A stretch of 64,000 nucleotides of DNA from Gemmatimonadota bacterium (GCA_034521595.1 JAXHMG010000003.1:2112001-2176000), one strand, 5' to 3'. Counted from the stretch's first letter, positions 8,883-19,188 are shown. Numbers and translations: made by a program. The notes: generated from the letters alone by a model not told the origin.

Positions 8883-11474
8883 ATGCCTCCCACGAATCCC
8901 TGGATCGTTCTCAAGTTCGGCGGCACCTCCGTGGCCACGCCCCAAAGCTGGGAAACGATCGCCGACATCGTGGGTCGTCGTCTGGACGAAGGGTTTCGCC
9001 CGCTGGTCGTTCACTCCGCCCTGGCGGGCGTGACGAACCTGCTCGAAGCGCTCCCCGGCCGTGCCCTCGAAGGCACCCACGCAGTCCTCCTGGACGAGCT
9101 CGAAGGCCGGCACGACACCCTCGCCCGGAACCTCGGATTTCTGCCCTCCGAGGTCGTCGACCTGCTCGGTCCCGACCGACGAGAGCTGCGGGAGCTCGCG
9201 GAGGGCATCGCGCTCCTCCGCGAAGCCACACCCCGCACCCGTGCACGGATTCTCGCCTTCGGCGAACGGCTGGCGACCCGCATCGGGGCCGCTTACCTGC
9301 AGCGGAAGGGACTCCCCGTAACCTGGGTCGACGTCCGGGATTTCCTGCGGAGCGAGGAGGGGCGGACCGGCTCCGGCAGCGCTTCCTACCTCTCCGCGGA
9401 ATGCGACGCGAGCCCGGACCCGGACGTCGCCGAGCGTCTGGCGGGGGTGGAGGGCGTCCCCCTCACGCAGGGCTTCACGGCACGCAGCCCCGAGGGCGAG
9501 ACGGTCGTGCTCGGACGCGGGGGCTCGGACACGGCCGCCGCCTACCTGGCCGGCAAGCTGGAGGCCGCCCGTCTGGAGATCTGGACGGACGTGCCCGGGA
9601 TGTTCACGGCCGATCCACGCGCCGTGCCCTCGGCGCGGCTGCTCCGGCAGCTCGACTACCGCGAGGCCCAGGAGATCGCCACGACCGGGAGCAAGGTCCT
9701 GCACCCCCGCTGCATCCCGGCTCTGCGGGACCACATGGTCCCCATCCACATCCACAGCACCTCCCATCCCGACACCGAGGGCACGGTCATCCGGCGCGGC
9801 GCGGCCGAGGGGCCCGCCCAGGTCAAGGCGATCTCCCGCAAGAAGGAGGTCGTGCTCGTCTCGATGGAAACCGTGGGCATGTGGCAAGAGGTCGGGTTCC
9901 TCTCGGAAGCGTTCGCGGTCTTCCGCCGGCTGGGCATATCGATCGACCTGATCTCGACGTCGGAGACCAATGTGACGGTTTCCCTCGACGCCGAAGCGAA
10001 CCTGCTCGAAGCCGCCTCGATGGACGAGCTGACGGAGGCGCTCGGCCGGTTCTGCAAGGTGTCGGTCATCCGACCGTGCGCGGCGGTCAGCCTCGTGGGG
10101 CGACGCATCCGAGCGCTGCTCCACCGTCTCGGCCCCGCGCTCGAGGTATTCGAGGCGCAACGCATCCACCTCGTCACGCAGGCCGCGAGCGACCTCAACC
10201 TGACGGTCGTCGTCGATGAGGATCAGGCCGACCGGCTGGTCCGCTTGCTCCACGCCCAGCTCATCGCGGAAGCCGGCAGCCCCGAGGTTTTCGGGCCGAG
10301 CTGGGAGCAGCTCCGCCCGGGCGGCCCGGACGTTCACCGCCGCGTGCCCCGTTGGTGGGAGGAGCGGCGGGACGCCCTCCTCGCCCGCCTCGGTGACGAC
10401 GCCAGCGCGTACGTCTACGACCTGGACACGGTCGCGGAGCGCCTGAGCGCCCTGACACAGGTCGAGGGGGTCGATCGCGTGCTCTACGCCATGAAGGCCA
10501 ACACCTACGGCCCCTTGCTCGACCGGGTCCGTGACGCCGGCGTCGGGTTCGAGTGCGTGTCGCCCGGCGAGATCGAGCATGTCCGGAGCCGCTTTCCCGA
10601 CCTCGATCCCGCCGAGATCCTGTTCACGCCCAATTTCGCCCCGCGCGAGGAATACCGGGACGCCCTGGATGCCGGGGTGCGCACGACGCTCGATTCGATC
10701 GAGCCCTTGCGCCTCTGGCCGGACGTCTTCGCGGGCAAGGAGATCTTCATCCGGATCGATCCGGGCGTGGGCAAGGGTCACCACGAGAAGGTCCGGACCG
10801 CGGGCTTCCACGCCAAGTTCGGCGTCCCCCGCTTCGAGCTCGAGGAGCTCGCGGAGCTGACCGAGCGCATCGGCGTGCGTGTCGTCGGGCTGCACGCGCA
10901 CGCCGGGAGCGGGATCTTCACCCCGGACCACTGGGCTCATCTGGCCGCGACGTTGGCGGAGGTGGCTCCGCTCTTTCCCGACGTCCACGTCCTCGACGTG
11001 GGTGGGGGACTCGGTGTGCCGGAAAAGCCGGCGCAGGACCCGTTGGATCTCTCACGGCTCGCCGACGGACTGCTCGAAGTTCGGGACGCCGCACCGGACA
11101 CCGAGATCTGGCTCGAGCCGGGCCGGTTCGTCGCGGCTGAAGCAGGCGTGCTGCTGGCACGGGTCACCCAGACGAAGGGCAAGGGCGACGTGCGCTACGT
11201 TGGAGTCGCGACGGGCATGAACTCGCTGATTCGGCCGGCGCTCTACGGCGCCTACCACGAGATCGTGAACCTGACCCGGCTCGACCGGGAAGCGACCGAA
11301 CGGGTGAACGTCGTGGGACCGATCTGCGAGACGGGGGACGTGCTCGGACTCGACCGCCTCCTTCCCCGCACCGAGGCAGGAGACGTCCTCCTGATCGCGA
11401 ACGCCGGAGCGTACGGTCACGTCATGTCGTCCCGGTACAACTTGCGGGAGCCGGCGCCCGAGCGGACGCTCTAG
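8883..11474 (+). CDS. lysAC: Bifunctional aspartate kinase / diaminopimelate decarboxylase
   Basis: KFGGTS, LGRGGSD, ACT domains, then YAMKAN (PLP Lys), HAHAGS, EPGR, CETGD. Confidence 0.93.
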   Translation: MPPTNPWIVLKFGGTSVATPQSWETIADIVGRRLDEGFRPLVVHSALAGVTNLLEALPGRALEGTHAVLLDELEGRHDTLARNLGFLPSEVVDLLGPDRRELRELAEGIALLREATPRTRARILAFGERLATRIGAAYLQRKGLPVTWVDVRDFLRSEEGRTGSGSASYLSAECDASPDPDVAERLAGVEGVPLTQGFTARSPEGETVVLGRGGSDTAAAYLAGKLEAARLEIWTDVPGMFTADPRAVPSARLLRQLDYREAQEIATTGSKVLHPRCIPALRDHMVPIHIHSTSHPDTEGTVIRRGAAEGPAQVKAISRKKEVVLVSMETVGMWQEVGFLSEAFAVFRRLGISIDLISTSETNVTVSLDAEANLLEAASMDELTEALGRFCKVSVIRPCAAVSLVGRRIRALLHRLGPALEVFEAQRIHLVTQAASDLNLTVVVDEDQADRLVRLLHAQLIAEAGSPEVFGPSWEQLRPGGPDVHRRVPRWWEERRDALLARLGDDASAYVYDLDTVAERLSALTQVEGVDRVLYAMKANTYGPLLDRVRDAGVGFECVSPGEIEHVRSRFPDLDPAEILFTPNFAPREEYRDALDAGVRTTLDSIEPLRLWPDVFAGKEIFIRIDPGVGKGHHEKVRTAGFHAKFGVPRFELEELAELTERIGVRVVGLHAHAGSGIFTPDHWAHLAATLAEVAPLFPDVHVLDVGGGLGVPEKPAQDPLDLSRLADGLLEVRDAAPDTEIWLEPGRFVAAEAGVLLARVTQTKGKGDVRYVGVATGMNSLIRPALYGAYHEIVNLTRLDREATERVNVVGPICETGDVLGLDRLLPRTEAGDVLLIANAGAYGHVMSSRYNLREPAPERTL

Positions 11475-11480
11475 CAGCCG

Positions 11481-12036
11481 CTAGCCCGGATCCGCGGCAC
11501 CGCGCTCGATCCATGCGACCAGAGCCATCAAGCTCGCCACGAGCAAAAACGCGCCACCCGCCATCACCGGAATCGAGACGAATCCGAAGACGTTCAGGTA
11601 GCGGCCCGTGCAGCTCGCTCCCGCGCTACATACCCCGACGTCGAGCGCCGGCTGGAGTTGGATGCCCACGTGATAGGCGGCGATCCCGGCCCCGATGACC
11701 GCGAGCGGCAGACCGTAACGCCAGACCGAGGCGTCACCGCGGACCATGCCCACCCCCAGCACCACCACCAGCGGATACATGGCGATGCGCTGGTACCAAC
11801 AGAGCACACAGGGCACGAAGCCGACCACCTCAGAGAGGTACAGGCTCCCCGAGCGTGGCGACCAGCGCCACGCCCCAGGCCCACCCGATCGGGTGAGAGG
11901 CCCGGTCGGCCAACCCGGAGACGACCCCCGCCCTGGTCCGTGGTACGAAGAGCGTGCTTCCGAGCCCCACGGCTAGCGCATAGGCCAAAACCGTAGCTCC
12001 GGCCAGGAGGGTGACGACGGTCGCGTAGAGGGTCAT
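11481..12036 (-). pseudogene. dsbB: Disulfide bond formation protein B (DsbB/BdbC-like), frameshifted
   Basis: PCVLCWYQR and a second Cys pair; N-terminal TM part is in another frame; one extra G in GGGG near 11847-11850 breaks ATLG-SLYLSEV. Confidence 0.75.
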
Positions 12037-12042
12037 GGTCGC

Positions 12043-12290
12043 TCAGCGCCCTTCGGGCGCGCCGGGCACGGTCGGCCCCGTCCGGCCGGGGGCCAGCGAG
12101 TCCGTCGTGCGCAGGTAGCTCTCGTACTGGCTCGGAAAGCTCGCGCCCCACACCTCGGGGTCCGTGGTGTTCTCGTCCAGCTCCGCGATGAGCTCGTAGG
12201 GCTGGCGCGTCTCGCCGCGACGCTCCCCGATGGTGACGAGCAGACTCGGACGGACGCCGCCGTTCCGCCGCGGGTCCCGAGATGGATCAT
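12043..12290 (-). pseudogene. nrfA: N-terminal remnant of cytochrome c nitrite reductase large subunit
   Basis: LLVTIGERRGETRQPY...ELDENTTDPEVWGASFPSQYESYLRT resembles NrfA N-termini; ATG overlaps the nrfH stop; no heme motifs left. Confidence 0.65.
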
Positions 12291-12652
12291 CTAAAGGCTG
12301 CATGACCGACATCCTTGTGGCAGTGAAGGCAGGAAAGGTCCGCATCCGTGGACTCGCTCGTCCGAATCGCGTGCGTCAGATCCTCGTGACAACCCACGCA
12401 ATTGGCTTCCGCGATGGCTCGGTTCCGTGGCTTGATCCGGATGGGATCGGGATGGTTGCGAAACGTGAAGGCCCACGACGCGAACTGGTCTTCCATGACA
12501 TGGCACTGGACGCACGCGGTGGGATCGTCCGACAGGTACGCGGTGCCGTCGCCATACCCGACGGCCACCACACCCAGCGTGCCGGCCAACCCGAATACGA
12601 ACGCGACGGCCATCCAGAGCCGTGCGGAGGAGTGCGTGGGCAAGGTAGGCAT
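12287..12652 (-). pseudogene. nrfH: Cytochrome c nitrite reductase small subunit (NapC/NirT family) with internal deletion
   Basis: TM helix, YLSDDPTACVQCH, CVGCH, CLHCH..VGH; only 3 of the expected 4 CXXCH motifs. Confidence 0.8.
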
Positions 12653-12780
12653 GAAACCTGTAGGATAGGCATGGCGTCGCCGGGTCGCCACCCGTGACCC
12701 GGCCGGCCACGGCAACGCACCCGCACCGAGAGCGTGAACGCCCTGGCGCACGGCGCCCCGATTGCCGACCATCCATCGAT

Positions 12781-15700
12781 ATGTTCACCGAAAGCCTGAA
12801 TCTCCTGCTCGTTCACGGTGATCCCGCGGCCGCCGACCGGATCGAAGCGCTCCTCCGGAGGGCACCGTCCGGGACGCTCGCCATGCGGCGTGCGGACTCG
12901 TACGACGATGGGTTGTCCGCCATCGGTGATCCGTCCCTCGACGCGTGTCTCGTCACGGAAGCTCCGGGCCCGCGGACGGCGGCGGACCTTCTCCCGCGAC
13001 TCGCCGACAAGCGCCGGCATGGGATCCCCCTGGTCGTGCTGGCCGCGCACGCGGCGCCGCAGCACCTTCTGGCATTGGTGCGGGAGGGCGCCGACGACGC
13101 GTTCGGAATCGACGAGGTCACGCCCCCCCTGTTGGAGCGCCTGATACACCACGCGGTGGAGCGCCGCCGAAGACGGCGGGACGAAGCCCACCACACCGAA
13201 GCGACCCTGCGCGAGCGGGTGAAGGAGCTCGCGCTCGTCACCAACACGGGACGCCTCATCAATCGGCGGGACCTCCCGATTCAGGAACGACTGAACCGGA
13301 TCGTGCACGAGATTCCTTCCGGATGGCACGATCCGGAGCGTACCGAGGCCCGCCTGACGCTCAGCGATTGGACCGTGGCGACACCCGGCTTCCGGGAAAC
13401 GCCCTGGCTGCTCTCCGCCACCATCCCGACCGACGACGAGCCCGATGGATTGCTCGAGGTCGTACTGACCGCGAACACGACCTCCGGAGGCGCGCAGGAC
13501 CCGTTTCTTCCCGAAGAGCACGACCTGGTCGACAACCTCGCACGGATCATCGGGGAGACGGTGGCCCGCGAGCGCGCCTCGCGAAAGCTCGAGCAGACCC
13601 TGGCCAGCCTCGACGAGGCCGTGGTGATCCTCGACTCCATCGAGAGCCAGCGCCGAGTGCGCTATGTCAACCCGGCGGGCGAGCGGATGTTCGGGTACAC
13701 GCGCGACGAGTTCGTCGGAGCCACGCCCGACATGACCCATCCGGACCGAGCATCCTTCGAGCAGTTCGGTGAGATGGCCCGCACTCAGCTCCAATCCGGC
13801 CGGTCGTTCCGCGCCACCTTCACGTTGAAACGGAAGGACGGCAGCCTTTTCGAGGCGGAGCAAACCGTCTCGCTCTTCGACCCGGAGCACGGGCTGGGCG
13901 GGGGAGTGGTGTCGGTGGTCCGGGACGTCTCCCGCCGGGAGCAAGCCGAGGCCGCTCTTCGAGAGAGCGAGGAACGGTTCCGCCAGATCGCGGAGCACGT
14001 GAGCGACGTGTTCTGGATCACCAACCCGGACAAATCCCGGATGGAGTACGTGAGCCCAGCCTATGCCAAGATCTGGGGGCGCGCTCCGGACGAGCTCTAC
14101 GCCGACCCCGGGAGCTGGCTCGACGCGATTATCCCGGACGACCGCGAAAGGATCGCCCACGAAAGCACGAGGCAACCACGTGGCGGTTACGACGTCACGT
14201 ACCGCATCCGACGCCCTGACGGGGCCGTGCGCTGGATCCACGACCGGGCGTTTCCCGTCACGGACGACGGCGGGACGGTGGAACGGCTCATCGGCGTCGC
14301 CGAAGACGTCACCGAGCGTCGGATGGCGGAGGAGCGCTTCCGCGTCCTCGGCGAAGAGATGATGGACGTCATCATCGTCATCGCACCGGACGGACGTGTG
14401 CTCTTCGCGAGCCCCTCCGCGGAATGGCTCACGGGCTACCCCGCGGACGAGCTCGTCGGCATGAGCGCCTTCGACATCATCCAGAGCGAGGACCACGAGG
14501 TCGTCGGGCCCCTGCTCGGGAAGGTCGCCCAGACGCCGGGCGAGACCGCCCGGGCCGAGTTCAAGATGCTTCGCATGGACGGCACGACCCGGGATGTGGA
14601 ATCGGTGGCGCGGAACCTCATGGACCACCCGGCCGTTCGCGGGATCGTCACCACCACGCGGGACGTCACCGAGCGACTCACGCTCGAGCGCAGGCTACGG
14701 CAGGTCCAGAAGATGGAAGCCGTGGGCCGGCTGGCGGGGGGCATCGCACACGACTTCAACAACATCCTGACCGTCATCCGCTCCGAAACGGAGCTCCTGC
14801 TCCTGGACAACGAGGGCACGGACCTGGCGGACGATCTCGAAGTCATCCGGTCGGAGGCCGACCGCGCGGCGACGCTCACGAACCACCTGCTCGCCTTCAG
14901 TCGGGAGCAGGTGCTCCGCCCCCGCCGCCTGGACCTCGGATCGGTCGTACGAGACATGGCCGAGCCCATCGACGAGACCGTGGGCGACGCGATCACCGTG
15001 GAATACGATCTCTCGCCGGACGTGGAAAGCGTCCTCGTCGACCCCGAGCAACTTGAACAGGTCGTCCTCAACATCGTCGCGAACGCCCGCGACGCTTCGC
15101 CGAAAGGGGGTGTGGTCACGATTTCCACCGCCGACGAGCGAATCTCCCTCGACGACGTGGTCGACCTCCCCGGCCTCACGCCGGGCCGCTACACCCGGCT
15201 GAGCATCGCCGACACGGGCTCCGGAATGAGCCCCGAAACCGCACGCCGGATCTTCGACCCGTTCTTCTCCACCAAGCCGGCCGGCAGAGGGACGGGCCTG
15301 GGCTTGGCGATGGCGTACGGCTTCATGAAGCAGAGCGGAGGCGGCATCCACGTGGACTCCCGGGAGGGACACGGCAGCACGTTCCACCTACGCTTTCCCG
15401 TCGCCGGACAGCTCGAAGCGCCGAGCGCTCCGGGACAGGCTGCGCCCCAGGCCGCGAATTCGTCTCCCGCCCCGGAGGTGGAGCCGGATTCGCCCAACGA
15501 GCCGCAATCTGACGCACACGCGAACGCGGAAGCCCCGCAACCGACGATCCTCGTGGTCGACGACGAAGCCGGCGTGCGCCGGGTCACGAAACGCGTGCTC
15601 GACCGCGGCGGCTTCCAGGTGCATGCCGTGGAAGACGCCGCGTCCGCGCTCGCGGCGCTGGAGTCCGACCGGCCGATCGACCTCCTTCTGACCGACGTTC

Positions 15701-15930
15701 GCCTACCCGGCGAAAGCGGAGGTTTGCTGGCGGAACGTGCGCGCACCCTGCGCCCGCACCTTCCGATTATCGTCATGTCGGGATTCGCGGGGGGTAGCGA
15801 CGGCACGGCGGCGAACCTCCCGGAAGGCGTCGGCTACCTGGCCAAGCCGTTCACGAGGGCCGTCCTGCTCGACGCCATCCGTGCGGCGCTCCGCGAGAAA
15901 CGCGAAGGCCGGCTCAGGAACGAGCAGTAG
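12781..15930 (+). CDS. Cytoplasmic hybrid sensor histidine kinase (degenerate REC, multiple PAS, HisKA, HATPase, REC)
   Basis: AGGIAHDFNNIL, DTGSGM, FDPFFSTK, GTGLGL, three PAS/PAC blocks, C-terminal receiver. Confidence 0.92.
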   Translation: MFTESLNLLLVHGDPAAADRIEALLRRAPSGTLAMRRADSYDDGLSAIGDPSLDACLVTEAPGPRTAADLLPRLADKRRHGIPLVVLAAHAAPQHLLALVREGADDAFGIDEVTPPLLERLIHHAVERRRRRRDEAHHTEATLRERVKELALVTNTGRLINRRDLPIQERLNRIVHEIPSGWHDPERTEARLTLSDWTVATPGFRETPWLLSATIPTDDEPDGLLEVVLTANTTSGGAQDPFLPEEHDLVDNLARIIGETVARERASRKLEQTLASLDEAVVILDSIESQRRVRYVNPAGERMFGYTRDEFVGATPDMTHPDRASFEQFGEMARTQLQSGRSFRATFTLKRKDGSLFEAEQTVSLFDPEHGLGGGVVSVVRDVSRREQAEAALRESEERFRQIAEHVSDVFWITNPDKSRMEYVSPAYAKIWGRAPDELYADPGSWLDAIIPDDRERIAHESTRQPRGGYDVTYRIRRPDGAVRWIHDRAFPVTDDGGTVERLIGVAEDVTERRMAEERFRVLGEEMMDVIIVIAPDGRVLFASPSAEWLTGYPADELVGMSAFDIIQSEDHEVVGPLLGKVAQTPGETARAEFKMLRMDGTTRDVESVARNLMDHPAVRGIVTTTRDVTERLTLERRLRQVQKMEAVGRLAGGIAHDFNNILTVIRSETELLLLDNEGTDLADDLEVIRSEADRAATLTNHLLAFSREQVLRPRRLDLGSVVRDMAEPIDETVGDAITVEYDLSPDVESVLVDPEQLEQVVLNIVANARDASPKGGVVTISTADERISLDDVVDLPGLTPGRYTRLSIADTGSGMSPETARRIFDPFFSTKPAGRGTGLGLAMAYGFMKQSGGGIHVDSREGHGSTFHLRFPVAGQLEAPSAPGQAAPQAANSSPAPEVEPDSPNEPQSDAHANAEAPQPTILVVDDEAGVRRVTKRVLDRGGFQVHAVEDAASALAALESDRPIDLLLTDVRLPGESGGLLAERARTLRPHLPIIVMSGFAGGSDGTAANLPEGVGYLAKPFTRAVLLDAIRAALREKREGRLRNEQ

Positions 15931-17932
15931 CGCGCTCCGCGTCGAGGGCCTCGAGCGCGCGCTCGACCTCCTCCCACTCCGCGACCAGCCCGTCGACCAC
16001 GCCCTGCAGCTCGTCTCGCTCACGCTGGAGCTCCGCGATCTCCTCGGAATCCGTCTCCTCGTAGTATCCCGGTTGGCAGAACACTTCGTCGATCTCCGCG
16101 ACTCTCGCTTCAGCGGTCTCGAGCTCGGCCGTCACCTCGTCGCGCCGGCGTTCGAGCCGGCGGCTCTCGACCTCGGGATCGACCCGCGCGGATCGGGTGT
16201 CGTTCGACGCTCGCCCCGAACCGTCCGACCGCCCCTTCCTGGAGCCTTCCGCGCGCGCCTTGCCTCCGGCTTCGGACGATCCACTTCGGTCGCGCGCTTC
16301 CTTCCGCGCCTTGAGCACGACGCTCTCGGCATCGAGGTGATCGTCGCCGTACGCGGCGACGTACTCCTCGTACGTGCCGTGGTAGTCCCTGATCCCGTCC
16401 CTCCGGATATCGACGACCCGCGTAGCGAGCCGGCTGACGAACCACCGGTCGTGGGACACGAGAATGAGCGTGCCGTCGTATTGGCGGAGCTCTTCGACCA
16501 AAGCCTCGATCGATTCGAGGTCCAGGTGGTTGGTGGGCTCGTCGAGCACGAGCACGTTCGGGCGCTCGAGCTGAAGCCGGGCGAAGACGAGCCGGGCCGC
16601 CTCCCCGCCGGAGAGCGCACGGAGCCGCTTCTGGCCGTCATCCCCCGAGAAGAGCATGAGCCCCATGTGCCCTCGCACGAACCCGCGATCCCGATCCGGG
16701 CAGAAGTCCCAGAGCCAGGCTTCCGCGGTCCGGTCCGACTCCTCCACCTGCTCCCGGTGATCCTGCGCGAAGTAGCCGGGATGGGTCTCGTAGCCCCACT
16801 CGACCTCACCGGCATCGGCTTCGAGGTCGCCCATGACGATCTTGAGGAGCGTCGACTTCCCGATCCCGTTGGGCCCCATGATCACCAGCCGCTCCCCACG
16901 CCGCACGAGCAGGTCGACGCCGTGCAGGACTTCGTGATCGCCGTACGCTTTGCGCACGCCGGAGACCCGCAGCACCTCCTTGCCGCTCGGACGCCGCTGC
17001 TCGAAGCGGAACTTCGGATAACGCCGCGAGCTTCCCGGAAGCTCCTCGAGTGCATCGGCCTTCTTCTCGATCATGCGGAGCTTGCTCTGGGCCTGCCGCG
17101 CCTTGCTCGCCTTCGCGCGGAAGCGGTCCACGAACTTCTGGTGGTGCGCGATCTCCTTCTCGCGCCCCTCGATCTCTTTCTCGCGCCGCTCGCGGTCCGC
17201 CTTCTTCTGCTCGAGAAACGACGTGTAGTTCCCGTTGTACAGCGTCACCGTCTCGTAATCCACGTCGAGGATGTGCGTCGAGACGTTGTCGAGGAAACGA
17301 TGGTCGTGCGAGATGACGACGACCGGTCCCTTGAACGCTTGCAAGAAGCCCTCCAGCCACCGGATCGACAGGATGTCCAGGTGGTTGGTCGGCTCGTCGA
17401 GGAGAAGAATGTCGGGATTGCTGGCGAGGACCTGTGCGAGGAGGACGCGCAGCTTGAAGCCCCCGGAGAGGGTCGAGAGCGGATCACGGTGCACCTCGGC
17501 GGGCAACCCCAACCCCTCCAGAATCGCCGCCGCCCGCGCCTCGGCCGAGTAGCCGTCGTGACGTTGGACGGTCTCCTCCAGCTCGGAGAACCGCTCGGCG
17601 TCGAAGTGCTCCCCGGCGTTCGCCAGGATCTTCTCCTTCTCGACCATGGCGTCCCAGAGCTCCGGATTTCCCATGAGCGCGACGCCGAGGATCTCCTGAT
17701 CCTCGTACATGAATTGGTCCTGGCGGAGCACCCCGAGGCGGACATCCTTCGGAATGGATACCTGGCCGGAGGTCGCTTCCTCCTCGCCGGTCAGGATCCC
17801 GAGAAGCGTGGTCTTGCCGGATCCGTTGGCGCCCACGAGCCCGTACCGTTCGCCCGGATTGAGCTGGAACGAGACGTCACTGAAGAGCGTGTGGTCGCCG
17901 AACGATTTCTCGAGATTCGATACGGATATCAT
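15914..17932 (-). CDS. ABC-F family ribosome-associated ATPase (YbiT-like)
   Basis: Two nucleotide-binding domains (GANGSGKT, GPNGIGKS, LSGG, LDEPTNHLD x2), no TM segments, C-terminal coiled coil. Confidence 0.92.
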   Translation of the reverse strand: MISVSNLEKSFGDHTLFSDVSFQLNPGERYGLVGANGSGKTTLLGILTGEEEATSGQVSIPKDVRLGVLRQDQFMYEDQEILGVALMGNPELWDAMVEKEKILANAGEHFDAERFSELEETVQRHDGYSAEARAAAILEGLGLPAEVHRDPLSTLSGGFKLRVLLAQVLASNPDILLLDEPTNHLDILSIRWLEGFLQAFKGPVVVISHDHRFLDNVSTHILDVDYETVTLYNGNYTSFLEQKKADRERREKEIEGREKEIAHHQKFVDRFRAKASKARQAQSKLRMIEKKADALEELPGSSRRYPKFRFEQRRPSGKEVLRVSGVRKAYGDHEVLHGVDLLVRRGERLVIMGPNGIGKSTLLKIVMGDLEADAGEVEWGYETHPGYFAQDHREQVEESDRTAEAWLWDFCPDRDRGFVRGHMGLMLFSGDDGQKRLRALSGGEAARLVFARLQLERPNVLVLDEPTNHLDLESIEALVEELRQYDGTLILVSHDRWFVSRLATRVVDIRRDGIRDYHGTYEEYVAAYGDDHLDAESVVLKARKEARDRSGSSEAGGKARAEGSRKGRSDGSGRASNDTRSARVDPEVESRRLERRRDEVTAELETAEARVAEIDEVFCQPGYYEETDSEEIAELQRERDELQGVVDGLVAEWEEVERALEALDAERATARS

Positions 17933-18066
17933 GGTGGGAGAATCTAGCGGAACGGCACTTCCCTGTGAGGGGGCACGGCGAGCCGCTTACGCCGGCCCCA
18001 AGCGCCCCACGGGCACGACGCGCACCACGCGCCGACCGGCGCTGCCCGCCCGCCGTCACCCCTCCG

Positions 18067-18516
18067 CTACCCGCCCGGAATCCGATCCTGCGCGACGGAG
18101 ACCCAGATCACGACGCGGCCCGGATCTCCATCGAGCTCCACGAAGTGCACGTGCATCCGGTCGCGCTCGTCGGATTCCTGGAGCTGTCGGAGCACGAACA
18201 GGATGTCCCGCCGGTCCATCACGGTGGCGTGCGGCACCGACCGTCTCACCGAATCCGCTTCGGCTTCGTCCGGCGGGGGAGGGAGCGAGTCGGAGGGAAA
18301 GGCGAAGAAGATCTCCTCGTCGTCATCCGTGCGGAGCACGAAGCCGTCGGAAAGCTGGCCGACGAGCGTGCCGGTCAGCGAATCCGTGGGTAGCTCGGTG
18401 CCAGAGGGCAGATCCCCGGACCCCTGCGCGGCGAGCGCCGTCGACGTGACGAGCCCGAGCACCAGCCCGAGGAGCATCGATGGAATGCGTGGCGTTCGAA
18501 TAGGTCTATCCTCCAT
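18067..18516 (-). CDS. Hypothetical secreted protein
   Basis: Hydrophobic signal-like segment ending ALAAQ, acidic mature region; start uncertain. Confidence 0.55.
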   Translation of the reverse strand: MEDRPIRTPRIPSMLLGLVLGLVTSTALAAQGSGDLPSGTELPTDSLTGTLVGQLSDGFVLRTDDDEEIFFAFPSDSLPPPPDEAEADSVRRSVPHATVMDRRDILFVLRQLQESDERDRMHVHFVELDGDPGRVVIWVSVAQDRIPGG

Positions 18517-18602
18517 TTTCGGGAACGGGACCAACAGCCAAGCCTTCTACACCGACTTACTCATAACGTTCACGCCAACAACACCTTACACTGCCACTCC
18601 CT

Positions 18603-19118
18603 TCATCCGTCAGGGAGGGTGCGATACTCCCGGGCCCAGAAGAGGAGCGGACGATCGCTGGGTCCCAGCTCGATCTCCTCCACGCGAACCACGACCAAGC
18701 GGCTCCCCCCCTCCGTGGCGTGGATGGCTCGCACCCGACACTCGAGCGCGGCGCTCGCATCGGGAATGACCGGCACCCCCTGCTCCCGCCAGGGCGTCGG
18801 CCCGACCGGCACCGGATCCGCGAACACGGTCGCCCATCGGCCCTGATCCTCCGAGAGCAGGCTGATGCCCACCTCTCCTCCCTCCTCGACGAACGGGAGG
18901 GCCTGCGCGCTCGGATTCAAAGAGACGACCACTTCCGGAGGCTCGGCGGAAACCGGAGCGAACGAGGTGGCCGTCGTGGCGCGGACCTTACCGTCTTCCT
19001 CGTCCCGAACGGCCACGACCGTCACCGTCGAAGCCCAACGCGCCATCGCCTCCTTGAACCGCTCGTCGCTTACCCCCCGAGCTCCATCAGGCGGGTGGTC
19101 ACCGTGCTGCGTGCCGAT
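18603..19118 (-). CDS. Flavin reductase family protein (probable non-canonical ATC start at 19118; first ATG at 19046)
   Basis: FKEAMARWASTVTVV, TATSFAPVSAEPP, ALECRV, PLLF...YR; TAAGGAG lies 6 nt before an in-frame ATC. Confidence 0.8.
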   Translation of the reverse strand: MGTQHGDHPPDGARGVSDERFKEAMARWASTVTVVAVRDEEDGKVRATTATSFAPVSAEPPEVVVSLNPSAQALPFVEEGGEVGISLLSEDQGRWATVFADPVPVGPTPWREQGVPVIPDASAALECRVRAIHATEGGSRLVVVRVEEIELGPSDRPLLFWAREYRTLPDG

Positions 19119-19188
19119 GGTCGTCTCCTTACTTGGCCTGCGTCGTGAATGTGCTCGCGGAGGCTCACCATGCGCTCATGGACGCTCG

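Noticed and set aside
8697..10988. N-terminal extension of the 1379-aa minus ORF, and the matching 7041-8882 extension of the 1477-aa plus ORF
   Set aside because: Each extension is the antisense shadow of the other real gene (lysAC and the TonB receptor); typical of high-GC DNA, not giant overlapping proteins
12376..17947. Long ORFs 12376-14628 (-) and 15737-17947 (+)
   Set aside because: Antisense shadows of the histidine kinase and ABC-F genes with no recognisable motifs
18560..18580. Sigma54-like TTGGCGTGAACGTTAT upstream of the hypothetical secreted protein
   Set aside because: Lacks the essential -12 GC
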